DNA from: Lingula anatina
Taxonomy: Eukaryota; Animalia; Brachiopoda
DNA: 64,000 nt
Reading direction: 5' to 3'
NCBI GenBank assembly: GCA_051362555.1
Contig: CM120640.1
Location: 1,860,001 to 1,924,000, forward strand
Made by a program: the position numbers and the translations under genes. Positions 1-13,090 of the stretch are shown piece after piece. Each line of letters begins with the position of its first letter. The first letter of the stretch is position 1. Under the pieces are notes generated by a model. The model worked only from the letters and a program-made list of their open reading frames with translations, was not told the origin of the DNA and did no database searches.

Positions 1-274
1 AAGATAACTCCATGTATTGAGTGACCCCAAGAGAAAAAAATGTTATTCTTACACAACAGTTCACAAAATCAGTGCAAAAGAATTGCACTGTGCAAAACAA
101 TGATTTATAATTCTTATAACTCCACACAAAATGTTCACCAAACAGAAATGAAAACAGCAAGGGTGAAAAATTAAAATCAACGTACTAGTGAACATTAACA
201 GGAAATACAATATTTTGCAATAAAACAACATCAAAATTGAGTGAGATGTCCAACCACTCCTCTCACATCCTCAC

Positions 275-3200
275 CGCTTGTTTACAGGTGCTGATCTATA
301 AGACAGCAAACCACAATTATCTTAAAAATGTACTTTTTATCATGAGTCAGTATATATTTTAGAAGAATCTGCCAACATATTGTTTAAAATATAGACTACA
401 TAATTTCAATGTACCAGTTTCTCAGTATTATGCTAATGCAAATATTAAAACACCTGTTTTTGGTCAAACATATATATACAAGATTAAACACCAAGCTTAA
501 ACAATGAAAGCATTATAACTAAGATATAACATATATAAATATAAACAATTATAAAAATGGTTAATGTGAATTATATGTGAATAATATAGATTATTGAACA
601 CTTGTTGACAAAGCACTCAAAGATACACAAATAGAACCAAAATTTGTATAGCTTTTCCTTGTCTTTATTCTCCCAAAAAAAGTTGGTTAAAACATTATTA
701 TTAGTAGTCTGAGATTAATAAAAGTTAAAATATTTTTCATCAGATCAAAATTTCACATCAGGTTATGGATCTTATATAAATAGATATAAATGATAAGAAA
801 TTAATATAAATTCAAAAGCCAGACATAAACACCAGATGCACCTCTAGCTCTTATTGGGATATCTCTAGCTCCATGCTGGCAGGTTTATTAGGTAAGTTAC
901 ACCTGGCGCGAGCTGAAGCACATCTAGCTTTGGTAATATAATTAACAAAAGGGCGCATGGCATCCCAGAGCCCAAATCTGTGCTTACTATATGTACTCAG
1001 AAAATTTTACTTATCCTAGTCTGAAGTTCAGAAATTTAATTTCAGCCCAATGTTTCCTGGAGCATTTTTCGTAGCTTTTCCATATGTCATTTTTATTTAT
1101 TTTTTTCTGTAAAAAATGACAAAATGTACATTGCACAGATTTCAGTCAAATATTTTCCCAATTTTTCTAGACTCAAGTAGTAAGCACAGTGGTCTCAAGC
1201 AGACGAATGAGAAAGTTATAAATTAATAAAATGATTAAGGTTAAACATAAATGTGACTGACAACCAGTAGGCATTAATACCTGGCATTCCTACTCTTCCT
1301 TGGAGAGGTGTAGGGGTGACTAGAAACAAACAGTGGGTCAGTGTGGTCAGTGGTCAAATGACACAAATCAAACCAGACCTGTAGCCAGCAATTTCAGAGG
1401 GGGGGGTCTTTTGCTGAAGACATGGGCCTTTTACCATGAAACCTATATGTACTTAGATCAGATTTTACCTAGTGGACCTTTTCCCAGCACAAAAGCTCAC
1501 CCCCCCCCCCCCCCTCCCACCACCACCACCACCACCACCACCACCCTGGCTACAGGCCTGGATCAAACAAACAATGACATTTTATTGATGCATGAATTTC
1601 AAGTCATACAAACATGTGCCATGCAGACAGCTTTTCCTTGCTGAATTATGCATTTCTCTAGTGCCTGTCAAATACACATGATCTTTCTTATCTTAAACAA
1701 AGATGGTTGGTTTAAATTCTGAACAAATAAAATGAAGATATAAATTTTCATACATCATAACAGACATCTAATTCAATCATCTTTAAGTCTAAGAAGGATC
1801 ATAGTTATGGTGTAAATTTATTAAAACAAAAACACTTTCTAAAACAAGTGTCAGGTAGCAAGCATTGGTGTTTTTTAAAAATTCAAATTAAACAACTTAG
1901 GCATTCAACTGTGACAAAAACAATCACCTGGAAATCTATAATACTATAATTCTATAACTTGATCTCAAAATGTGTTGTATATGCTACAAAAATCACAATG
2001 TGCTATATAACTCTGCTAATGCTATCACACATCACTCACTTTCTATTTGCTGGTGTTCCATAACTGCTATGGCTCCTCATGGGCCCCTGGCTCCCCCCCT
2101 GGGCCTCCTTCTGCAGGGCAATGATCACCCCCTCCAGGTAGTGCAGGGACAGGTTGATGTACTTGGCCTCTGTCAGCTGTAACCCAGAGACACCTGTCTT
2201 GGCCACTCTCTCTGAGCCAGCCAAGTCAACTAGGTGAAGTTTAGACCTAATAGTAGAAAGTTAGCATTAATAAAACATCTCATTTCTACCTTAGGAACAA
2301 ATGTTCTGTTGTCTGCATTTCAAAATCCAAGGAAATATACAATCATTAAAACCCAGTGAAACTTTGTGTACATAATTGACATTAAATGAAAACAAAATGT
2401 TCAGAAGTTATGGTAACAGTTATGATCAGAAGCACAGAACATGTTACTGAACAATATCTAAAGCCATTAGGAGCAAATTCAGGAATTAATATTTGTATTT
2501 ATTTTTTATCATTATTATAATACATTATTATATTATTCAACTGTAATATGATTCATAAATGGGTCACATCATTTCATATTTTGTTTATATATACCCATCA
2601 TTTATAGTAGATATAACAATAAATAAGCACTCACTTGACTACAATATCAGAATCAGGTTTTTTGGTGGACAGTGTCACAGTGAACACAGCATGTGATCTT
2701 GAAGACCTCTGGTTCATGGGTGTCTCCCCAACCTTCCTGTTAGCCTGACCCTGGAGGAGAAGGTTCTGGGCCACCTCTTCATTAGCAGCCATGTGACTGG
2801 ACAAGTTCCTCACTATACAGCTGCCCTTGGGACCCTCCACTACTACCACCTGGGAGACATTAGAGCAAAGTCAACTAACTGGGACAGGAGGACAGTGGGA
2901 AATGTAGTATAGACTTCTAGCATTTTTTTAGTATGCATACAATAATTATTATTATTAACCATGGTTGAAATAATGGACCAAAGAATGGAGAAAACAAATA
3001 TCATATTGATTTTTCACAGATGAGCCAAATTAAAACTATAAATATTCATGAGTATGAATATAGCATGATTCAGTCAAGTATTGACCATCACAGGAATGCA
3101 AATAATATTACAGTAGCTCCTTTATATCCCGTGCTGCTTTTTTTTTTATGAAGTACATCTTACCTTTGGGAATGGTGTGACTAGTGAATTAGTTCTAGCC

Positions 3201-4210
3201 CCAGGGTTCAGCAAGTCATAGCCCACCTCCTGGTAGATTTCCATGTAGGAGATATGGACACTGATGTCTTCATCTTGACGGGACTCCAGGGCCTTGTAGA
3301 TCATGGACAGTGCCCTGTCAAAGAAAAGATTTCAATTTAATTTAAATAATTTAGATTTTATAATTCTTCAATTAAACTAATATGTTACAAGGTGATTTTA
3401 ACTAGATTGAGTAGAGAAAAGGGCTTCAGTAAAATACTGAAAAAAAAAAAAAGAAATCCTACTATGCACAGTCACTAACTTTAATCTAGTGTGTTCAAGG
3501 TATGAATTTGGATTGCTCCAGAGTAGTATAAGAAAATGTGCTAGTAAAACGAGGTCATTATCTCACCTTGGAGCCAGTCCTCTGTCTTCATATCTCCTGG
3601 CGCTGCCCTCCACAGTGAAGGTCTTCCCACTCCCAGTCTGGCCATAGGCAAAGATAGTGGCATTGTAGCCAGTCAGGAAATCTAATATAGAATTTGAAAT
3701 ATAGTGAATCATTTCAATGTAGGCAACTGTATTTAAAAAAAAAGGATTATGTACCCAAAGAACTTTGACTCTCTACAAAAAAGTCATCATTCCCCCTACT
3801 TACTTGCATTACAATGAAATATCATTCCATGGAAGAAACAACTAATTATAAAATCCTTCAAATATTAAATAAATCTATGATTTTTCAATGCCTTGAAATA
3901 ATTTGAAAAAATATGAATTCCTGCTGCATATATATTTTCAGATCTATTCATATTACTTCTCAAACTTACGATCTACAATATCCTTAGCTGCCGTCTCAAA
4001 CACCTCCTCCTGGACAGTGCTGGAGCTGAACACAGTGTCAAACTTGAACTCATGGTTTACTGTGCCTGTGTTAGCGCGGGTCTTGGTGGGGGAGGTGTTA
4101 TAATCCCTGTTCTGTGCCGTACGCAGGTACACCCTGTCCTTGGTAACATCAAAGTCATCATAAGCATTTTTACAAGGTTTGATCCTTGCAAAAGTCTTGA
4201 TGGTGGGCAT
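275..4210 (-). CDS. Kinesin-9 family motor, KIF6-like (5' part; gene continues beyond window start)
   Basis: Exons 4210-3970, 3681-3567, 3314-3164, 2849-2635 and 2246-2040 splice in frame with GT-AG sites. They give FARIKP, P-loop [18 protein letters not shown], switch I NQRSSRSH, switch [11 protein letters not shown] and [20 protein letters not shown], which is KIF6-like. Putative micro-exons follow at 1319-1281, 923-903 and 295-275. Confidence 0.93.
1374..1560. mobile_element. hAT-like MITE (CAGGCC(C/T)GTAGCCAG TIR family)
   Basis: Ends cagacctgtagccag ... ctggctacaggcctg. Flanks aatcaaac/gatcaaac match at 7 of 8 positions (TSD). Same family as 28320-28481. Confidence 0.7.
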
Positions 4211-4364
4211 GACTGTTTGATTCTGAGCTGATTCTGAAATGAGAGTAGAAATTCTGAATCAAAGCATATATGAGGAAGTTTTAAAATATATTATGTCAAC
4301 CAGCCTTTTCACAATCTACTTGGTGATTTTTCTAACATACGCTATTTGGTGTGTCTACCTGGGT

Positions 4365-4398
<34 letters not shown>

Positions 4399-4879
4399 GG
4401 AAGGCCATGTTACATGTATATGTTCAAAAAGGTTCAAATGGATCCAATTTCGATGTACATGCTTACATTTATTTTCCCTAATAAAAGGGTGCACGTTTAC
4501 AAACTAACATGTTTATGGTTTAGGGATAGTGCTTTGTCTGCTGGGTGGTTTGAAATGAACGGAAGTATGTAATGCAGCAGTGTAGCGTTCACAGACGAAT
4601 ATATGCTCTCGTTACGTTGTTACTTTTTATTTCAATTAGCACAATTAAGGCAGTGTCTGATTTCCATCATTATTTTCAATCAATACAGTTGTTCCCACAC
4701 AATCTGACAGTGATGAACACTGCACAGAAGGGATTTAGTAAGGAGTATGCTAAATGCCAATTAAGTGCCTTGAATGTAACCGCGAAGTTCGAACTCACGT
4801 CTCGAGCGCCGCTTACAATTAAAACGATTTTAAAATAAAATTATGAGCTGAGAGAAATATGAAACAATAGAACCAATTA

Positions 4880-5100
4880 CCTAAAAGTAAGCTGAAGTTG
4901 CTCCTAAGTCTTCATTTTGACCGTCTTTCGAGACATTTTAATCCAGGCTCTCAACTAGCTGACACCTGTTTATGCTCCGCCATAATGTTGTCAACGCTCA
5001 TGGTGGGTAGATAGGGAAACAAGCTTGGCGAAGAAAACCCAAACTTTTTAAATTTTAACAACAACTTTCTTATCCACATTTTCTAAAAAGGTACCCATGT
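4880..5100. promoter_or_regulatory. Probable bidirectional promoter / first non-coding exons between the kinesin and archaemetzincin genes
   Basis: The genes diverge with ATGs at 4210 (-) and 5509 (+). The region is locally CpG-richer, with donor-like sites pointing outward (ag|gtaatt on - near 4880, ag|gtaccc on + near 5090). Confidence 0.5.
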
Positions 5101-5508
5101 AAAAGTTATTGGAAATTAAGAATCTTTCGAGTAAACTATTTTTGGAAATTAATGTTTATAATCATTTGTGAAATATATCTTCAACTACTTCATTCTGTCA
5201 TTTTTATGCACGAGGTCAAGGTCAATTATTTATTTTGCCTTTTACTCCTCAGGTGTTACAGTAAAACCCGAATATTTGAGGTAAGGATTTCTGCCATAAT
5301 ATCAGTTAAATTGAAGGTATTTGAATTAAGCTATAAGTGATGTCAGGAAATGAAAATTTATGAGCATCAGCAAATTAAAGGCAGTTTATGCTTGCGGTCT
5401 TTCAGTGTTTAGAGTTCAAATGTGATTGATGACTTGAAGAGAAGAGTGAAACTGAAAGTATATGCATGTAGCTATGATTATATTTGACAATTTTTTTCGT
5501 CAGATGCT

Positions 5509-6848
5509 ATGGGGCATGCATTCACCAAAGATCCAGAGTATGTATGTAGACAATCAAACTGCAGAAGACTGGTGGGAGATGAAGGGAAGTTTGGACATCT
5601 TGAAAGAAAAGTTTATGAACTGGCGTGTCAATGTAGGGAACAGTCTTCCACATCTTGCTACAGCAGTGATGACATGTGCTCCTTATTCACAGCTTACGAT
5701 AAACCTTCCACAAGGCTGATGCAACAAAACTACCAGCAGTGGAAAGCTGTGATGGGAATTGGGTTTCATTTTATCCATCTCCGAAGAAAGAGAGTAATTT
5801 ACATAAAACCTCTTGATGACTTCCCTCAGTTTGTGACAGACTTTAGAATCAGTTTTGATGGAGCTGATCTCACACTTTTCCAACTCCTGCAGGTATTTAC
5901 TGAGTGTTTCTTGTGGGGAATGCAAGTGGAGTTGCTTCCTGTTTGTAGTATTGCTGAGTGGAAGATAAAGAACAGGATTCATGCTGTAACGGAGCAAAAA
6001 CAACTTCTTGTAGGCGATGTCTGTCATCAGTTAAAGAAGAGATTACCAGCTGATGGTTACTGTATTTTAGGCATTACCTGGACAGATCTGTATCCATGTG
6101 AAGATCTAAACTTTGTACTTGGTGAAGCCTCTCTTCTCAACAGAAGTGGGGCACTAAGTTTTGGCAGATTTGAACCAAAGACTTTTGTCAGGGGAGAAAC
6201 ACGGGATATCAGTTCAATTGATGCTAAACTTTTGTGGAAATTGATAAAGGTTTGTTTTCTTCATTTGTATTTCCAATATATGGAGTACAGTGTGCATCAT
6301 ATATTAACTGAAACATGTTTTTTTTACTTTTGATCATTTAGTTTTTGAACATGCAGTAAACAAAAAGTGATATAATTATTTAAAAAATAGCAAACTAAAA
6401 TTGTCATGATTGGTAACAATTATATCAAACAGTATTGATTTCAAATTCAGTTACACATCTTCGGTGATTATTTAGCTACTAACAATCATCATAATAAACA
6501 CTATGATATTGAATATGTTTAACTAAGTATGTCGATCAATATTAATTTTTAAATTTATAATTTTAGGTTCTGTGCCATGAAACTTGTCACATATTTGGGC
6601 TACAACACTGTGTTTTCTTTGCCTGTGTAATGAATGAGAGCAAGTCTATGGAGGAAGCGCTATCACAACCATTATTTCTGTGTCCAGTTTGCCTTAGAAA
6701 ATTACAGAAAGCTTGCAAGTTTGACATCAAGGAGAGATATTCCAAATTACAACACTTCCTAGTGACTTTGAACAGTGTTATTCCATATGAGAGGTTTGAG
6801 CAGGCTGTTGAATGGTTGGAAGAGATGTTGAAGTATCTTGGTGAATAA
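5509..6848 (+). CDS. Archaemetzincin (peptidase M54, AMZ2-like zinc metalloprotease)
   Basis: Exons 5509-6249 and 6567-6848 (phase 0). Motifs: GITWTDLYP..LNFVLGEAS, zinc motif HETCHIFGLQHC, CVMNES (Met-turn) and LCPVCLRKL (Cys4 site). Confidence 0.93.
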
Positions 6849-8879
6849 GGTCTAAAAGGTTGTTTTTGTGGGCTCAGCAGCAGGCATATTCACTGAAATG
6901 GCAGGGAATGATCAAGTATTGCTAATTGACTACTTTTTAAGCAGATTGTATATGCTTTAGCAAAGGGTAATATTAGGATGAAAATCTGTAGCTGGTTATC
7001 TACAATTAAATGAGATTGCATTGTTTAGCTTCCCAAGAATGGCACTTTGATGGAGAGCTTTAAATAGTTTTTTACTTCATCATCATGTGATTTGTTGATT
7101 TTTATATGAACACCATTTTCCATTGAAGGTTTTATTAAGATGTTGAATTTTATGTTTTTGTTATATGATTTTGGTTATGTTTTAACATAATATAATATGA
7201 TATATTGTATATTTATTAAGTGCCATTTTCTTTTATGTCCTTTTTTAAAGACACTAAGATTATATTTACAAACTTTCCACTACAATGTTATGTTTTGTTA
7301 CAATAGTTTCCCAGAAATACAGTGGACTGAATTAAGTCCATGATTGCCTTATTATACCTCAGGACACAGTGTGATATATAGTAAAAATTCTAAAATATAT
7401 ATTCATAATAAAATAAATAGTGTATAAAGTATGGCCCTTTTATTAAGCTGGCAACCAGAACCTTTCTTATATTGGTGACAATGCAGTGCTCTACAGCTGA
7501 AAACATGTGTACAAAAGGGTTTAGCAGGACCTCTATATTTAGGGCAGGAATATGTAGCGTATTTTATCAGTTTTAAAAGATGAAAAAATATTTTCCAATT
7601 TTTTATTTGAGGTATTTTTTCAAATCAGTAGGTGAATTAACATGGTTGCTTGCATGCTTAAATTGCTAATTAAGAAGAGAAACTTTAAGCTTTAATTAAA
7701 CCACACTATGACTTTTAACTTTACAACATGCCAATGAGTAAGTATTCACTTTCATTTCTTGATGACTTTCTATGTTAACTTATTTATAACTTTGAAAGTA
7801 GAGATCGATACTTCAGAGTCATTGCATCAAAGTCAAAATCATTCAACTTTTTACGGTTAATTTATTTATTTTATTTTTTTTATTTATTTATTTGAGAGAG
7901 AATATTTCCATCTGGATCCATGGATCTTTCTTTGAAAAAATTCATTTAACAGCGGCAATTCCCTGATTTATGTCAGGAGAAATAAAAGCATACTGATCAT
8001 GCACCAAGTAAACTGGCAGAACAGGGGAGCAGAATATTTAGCAGGATATATAGCACAGAGCATTGGTTTCATGCAATTCTGTTATATTTATTTATTTATT
8101 TATTTATTTATTGTACCACCAGCGTAGGCGCTGGCGGTACCCATGGTTTTAGTCCCGACCCGTATGTTCCGCCGGCTCCTGCGGCTCCGCCGCCAAGTCA
8201 CCGTTACCGCTTCTCCTCCTAGACGGTAAGGGCCCCTGTACCCATCTCTTGGATTTAGGTCACCTATAATCTCAACTCGTTCCACGTAAAATTTGGGCTT
8301 TGTCGGTATTGGGGTCTAGGTGTGGCACTCATTGCAATGCACCCTTGTCTAAAAATAGCAAAATTAAATGCTAATTATCTACCCTACGGAAGGAGTTATG
8401 GGAAAAATTTGTAGAGATAGCTTTCCAAAAGTCATATGTGTAGATTTCAAATATGCCCTTGGATTTGACCTTTGACCTTTATTTCAAGGTCAAACGGGCC
8501 AAAATTTTCAAAAAAATGAAATTTTTTACGAAAAAAAATTTTTTTTGCCCTGTTTTTCAGACACTACACAGACTTAACCAATAATATTATTGGAAAGTGT
8601 TACCCTTCGGGTCATCTTTCATCTCCGTGAATTTGGGGTCAATCGGTGCATTTTCACGGGAGTAGCGGCCATAAAGTACCGAAACTGAAAACTGTCTCTA
8701 ATTCGGGAACCGTTAATGCTAGAGACCCATTCTTTTTTGCATTTTGTAGAGCATGTAAAGCCCAACACTGAAGGTGGTCTCCGTTTTTATGTACAGACAC
8801 AGATGTGTCTGTACATATTGCCATCACCTGCGTCTGTCGTCGCTGTCGTCGCCGATGCCGATGCCGTCGCCGATGCCGT

Positions 8880-11320
8880 CGCCGTGCACTTTCAGCGTTA
8901 ACACGATAAGTGGAAGACCGTTTTACTTTTTGGCTTTATATTTATAGAGCTGATGAATATTCATAAAACGCAGGTCAAGTTCGAAAATCAGCATGATCGA
9001 GCCATTATTGTAGAAGTTATGCTGTTTTTTCACTTTTCAGCATATATACAACACTGTTAACACATTTCAAGGAAAACCGATAGGCCTGTTGTCATGAAAC
9101 TCCCAGGAGCAATCAATCTTACTAAAACGCAGGTCAAGTTCGAAAATCGGCATGATCGGGCCACTATTTTAGTAGTTATGCTGTTTTTTCACTTTTTAGC
9201 ATATATGCAACACTGTTAACACAATATAAGAAAAACAGATAGGCCAATTGTCATTTAAACTCACAGGAGTGGTCAATCTTACTAAAATGCAGGTTGAGTT
9301 TGAAAATTAGCATAATTGGGCCATTTTTTTAGAAGTTATGCTGTTTTTTCACATTTCCTTAGATTCAGTTCTTAGGCATGGTAACAGTTTCATTATTTAA
9401 TTAATAAGAAATGTAAAAGTGTTTGTTTGACATTTTCTGCATCTTTACAACATTGTTAGTTGATTTCGTAAAAATGATGGTAAACTTGTTATGGTGTATT
9501 GTGTAATAAAGTGTCAAAAATGGAAATAAACTCATATCATTGCAGTTTGTCAGATTCAATTATTCAGTATGTTTAGAAACTCAGAATGGAAGAAATTGGA
9601 CATTTAACACTATTCTATTAATATTTTTCCCATCTCATCAATTTTCTTAGTTGATTATATATAAATGGCAGTAAATTGTTAATTTTGTTATATGTTAAAA
9701 AATTGTTAAAAATGGAAATAAACCCATGTCAGAACAGTGCTGTCCTGTTTCACATTTCCTCAGATTCAATTCTTAGGCATGTTAACAGTCTCATTATTTA
9801 ACTAATAAGACAAGTAAAAGTGTTTGGTTGACATTTCCTGCATCTTTACAACATAATTAGTTTATTTTGTAATTAGTCGATCATGTTGCCGTCACCGTCG
9901 CTGTGCACTTTCAGCGTTAACACCGTAAGTGGAAGACAGTTTTACTTTTTGGCTTTATATTTACAGAGCTGATGAGTATCCATAAAATGCAGGTTAAGTT
10001 CGAAAATAAGCATGATCGGGCCATTATTGTAGAAGTTATGCTATTTTTTCACTTTTCAGCATATATGCAACATCGTTAACACATTTCAATAAAAACCGGT
10101 AGGCCTGTTGTCATGAAACTCATAGGGGTAATCAAACTTACTAAAACGCAGGTCAAGTTCGAAAATCGTCATGATCGGGCCACTATTTTAGTAGTTATGC
10201 TGTTTTTTTCACTTTTCAGCATATGTGCAACACTGTTAACACATTTCAAGGAAAACCGATAGACCTGTTGTCATGACACTCACAGGAGTAATCAATCTTA
10301 CTAAAACGCAGGTCAAGTTTGAAAATCAGCATAATCGGGCCATTATTTTATAAGTTGTGCTGTTTTTTCACATTTCCTCAGATTCAATTCTTAGGCATGT
10401 TAACAGTCTCATTATTTAACTAATAAGATTCGTAAAAGTGTTTGTTTGACATTTCCTGCATCTTTACAACATTGTTAGTTGATTATGTAAAAATGATGGT
10501 AAACTTGTTATTTTAGTAGTTATGCTGTTTTTTATACTTTTCAGCATATATGCAACACTGTAAACACAATATAAGAAAAACAGATGGGCCAATTGTCATG
10601 AAAGTCATAGGAGTGGTCAGTTTTGCTAAAATGCATGTTGAGTTCGTAAACCAGCATAATCGTGCCAATATTTTAGAAGGTATTCTGTTTTTTCACATTT
10701 CCTCGGATTCATTTCTTAGGCATGTTAACAGTCTCATTATTAAACTAATAACACCCCATTCTCATAGATTAGATCGACCTACATTGGATCGACCTAACTC
10801 CCTGGGGGTTCACGCTAAATAGCTGTCAGCCCGGCGGACACGAAAGTTAATTACCCCTTAAAGCTTGTAGTAGGCGGGGACGGACACTTAAGGGGGATTA
10901 TCTGACAGTAATCTAGTGAGACTCCCCGCGGTGATAGATCGATCTAAAAGTTGTGAGAACAGAGCCTTAGATACGTAAAAGCGTTTGTTTGACATTTCCT
11001 GCATCTTTACAACAATTGTTAGTTGATTTAGTAAAAATGATGGTAAACTTGTTATCATGTATTGCGTAAAAATGTGTCAAAAATGGAAATAAACTCATAT
11101 CATTGCAGTTTGTCAGATTTAATCATTCACTATGTTCAGAATCTCAGAATGGAGGAAATTGGACATTTAACACTGTTCTATTGATATTTTTCCCATCTCA
11201 TCAATTTTCTTAGTTGATCATATAAAAATGGCAGTAAACTGTTAATTTTGTTTATGTTAAAAAATTGTTAAAAATGGGAAAAAAAAACATTTCAGAACCG
11301 TGCTGTCTTGTCTGTATTTC
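8880..11320. repeat. ~159-160 bp tandem repeats arranged in a ~1 kb higher-order duplication
   Basis: aaaacgcaggtcaagttcgaaaatc recurs at 8965, 9124, 9284, ~9985, ~10143 and ~10303. The block starting gtgcactttcagcgttaacac occurs at ~8884 and ~9904. Confidence 0.85.
10752..10966 (+). mobile_element. PIF/Harbinger-like (Tourist-type) MITE, copy A, 215 bp
   Basis: Nearly identical to 30030-30244. Flanked by TAA/TTA. The empty site (aactaaTAAgattcgtaaaag) is visible in the paralogous block near 10420. Long imperfect internal inverted repeat. Confidence 0.85.
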
Positions 11321-11458
11321 CACATAAGCAGTTGTATTGTTTTTTATGTCTTTAAACATTATGTAATATTATTTTATGCACTGTCATCATTTTTCAAAAA
11401 TTGAGACTTTCATCATGTGAATTTGAACTCTCATGGTCCTGAAACTGTAATCTTATTG

Positions 11459-11627
11459 AAGGGGTGGATTGAGACCATCTTCTGGGTCTTCCGGAAGACA
11501 GTCAGGTTATTAAGTTTATATTGACTGGTATCTATTTTTTTTTCTGTTGGAAGACCATAAAAATGGGGGATGGATCAACATAGATACTTTGGAATACTAT
11601 CAGAAAATATCTCTGGGTTCGCTCCTG
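11459..11627 (-). mobile_element. ~170 bp MITE, CAGGGGCGGAT TIR family
   Basis: aaggggtggatt...gttcgctcctg flanked by ttattg/ttattg. Shares the tcttccggaagacccagaaga core with 34180, 55948 and 60061. Confidence 0.7.
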
Positions 11628-12096
11628 TTATTGACCATGGTACCTGTTGTGCATGATTAGAATTCAGTGTTGACTGACAGTGCTATTATAAGCATTATTT
11701 ATTATTGCATCAAAATTGACAAAATGACCTATTTTGCATCTTTAATTTCTGTTTTTTGTCTGTACATTTGACAGCTTTGCTGCCTTGTTTGTATTCCATA
11801 TGGTTTTCAAGTTACGCTGTATCAAAAAGTACATATTGGTGGTGAAAGCAAAATGTGCAGTACGGTAATGGATAATAAATTTTGAACTCTGGAAAAATAA
11901 TACATAAGGCTTGGCAAAGCAGACAACTTGTGGTCAAAAATGACATTATTTCATCAAATTTGAACTTCTGGAACTTCAGAGCACCTCCTATTTTAAGAAT
12001 TTTGACCAAAATGATGTTTTCTTTATTTTAATTAATCTTTTTTGTAGGAAATTTATGGCACATTATGGTAACTCCAAAATTATAACATTTAGTCCC

Positions 12097-13090
12097 TTAT
12101 ATCTCCAAAACTGGCAGAGATAGGTCCATAGTTACTGTTGAACTTGAATAGGAAGTCATATAGTGGCAATCTTACTGTGACCTTGAAATTGACCTTTGAC
12201 CTACTTTTCACCATGAACTGAACATTGCAAATTTTGCTTCCCTTTTATCTCCAAAACTGGCAGAGATAGGTCCATAGTTACTGTTGAACTTGAATAGGAA
12301 GTCATATACTGGCAATCTAAATATGACCTTAAAATTGACCTTTGACCTACTTTTCACCATGAACTGAACTTTGCAAATTTTGCTTCCCTTTTATCTCCAA
12401 AACTGGCACAGATTGGTCCATGGTTACTGTTGAACTTGAATAGGAAGTCATATACTGGCAATCTAAATATGACCTTAAAATTGACCTTTGACCTACTTTT
12501 CACCATGAACTGAACATTGCAAATTTTGCTTCCCTTTTATCTCCAAAACTGGCACAGATTGGTCCATGGTTACTGTTGAACTTGAATAGGAAGTCATATA
12601 CTGGCAATCCAAGTGTGACCTTGAAATTGACCTTTGACCCACTTTCCACCATGAACTGAACTTTGCAAATTTTGCTTCCCTTTTATCTCCAAAACTGGCA
12701 GAGATAGGTCCATAGTTACTATTGAAATTGAATGGGAAGTCATATACTGGCAATCTAAATGTGACCTTAAAATTGACCTTTGACCTACTTTTCACTATGA
12801 ACTGAACTTTGCAAATTTTGCTTCCCTTTTATCTCCAAAACTGGCAGAGATAGGTCCATAGTTTCTATTGAACTTGAATAGGAAGTCATATACTGGCAAT
12901 CTAAATGTGACCTTGAAATTTACCTTTGACCTACTTATTATCATGAACTAAACTCTGCAAATTTCTTTCTCTTTTATCTCCAAACCTGGCAGAGATAGGT
13001 CCATAGTTACTATTGAACTTGAATAGGAAGTCATATACTGGCAATTTACTGTGACCTTGAAAATGACCTTTCACCTACCTTACGATGAAC
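12097..13090. repeat. 146-bp tandem array (~6.7 copies) inside the outer Helentron-type element
   Basis: atctccaaaactggca starts at 12101, 12247, 12393, 12539, 12685, 12831 and ~12976. Confidence 0.95.

Larger units (their letters stand above)
8784..11790 (+). mobile_element. Second Helentron-type element nested in the first
   Basis: 5' end TTTTT-ATGTACAGACACA-ga-TGTGTCTGTACAT hairpin, then a (GTC/GCC/GAT) microsatellite. 3' end GTCTGTACAT + gacagc-ttt-gctgcc palindrome + TTGTTT at about 11757-11790. Internal ~159-bp repeats. Confidence 0.78.

Noticed and set aside
841-866. Additional kinesin micro-exon candidate
   Set aside because: It either shifts the frame or contains an in-frame stop, and it would leave an intron under 40 nt.
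1333-1644. 103-aa Pro/Thr-rich ORF
   Set aside because: Produced by a MITE containing poly-C and (ACC)n inside a kinesin intron.
10752-10966. MITE core as a tRNA-derived SINE or RNA-guided nuclease guide RNA
   Set aside because: No A/B boxes, poly-A tail or neighbouring nuclease ORF. TIRs with TWA flanks fit a Harbinger-type DNA element.
12493-12795. 100-aa ORF
   Set aside because: Lies entirely within the 146-bp tandem array and shows no protein features.
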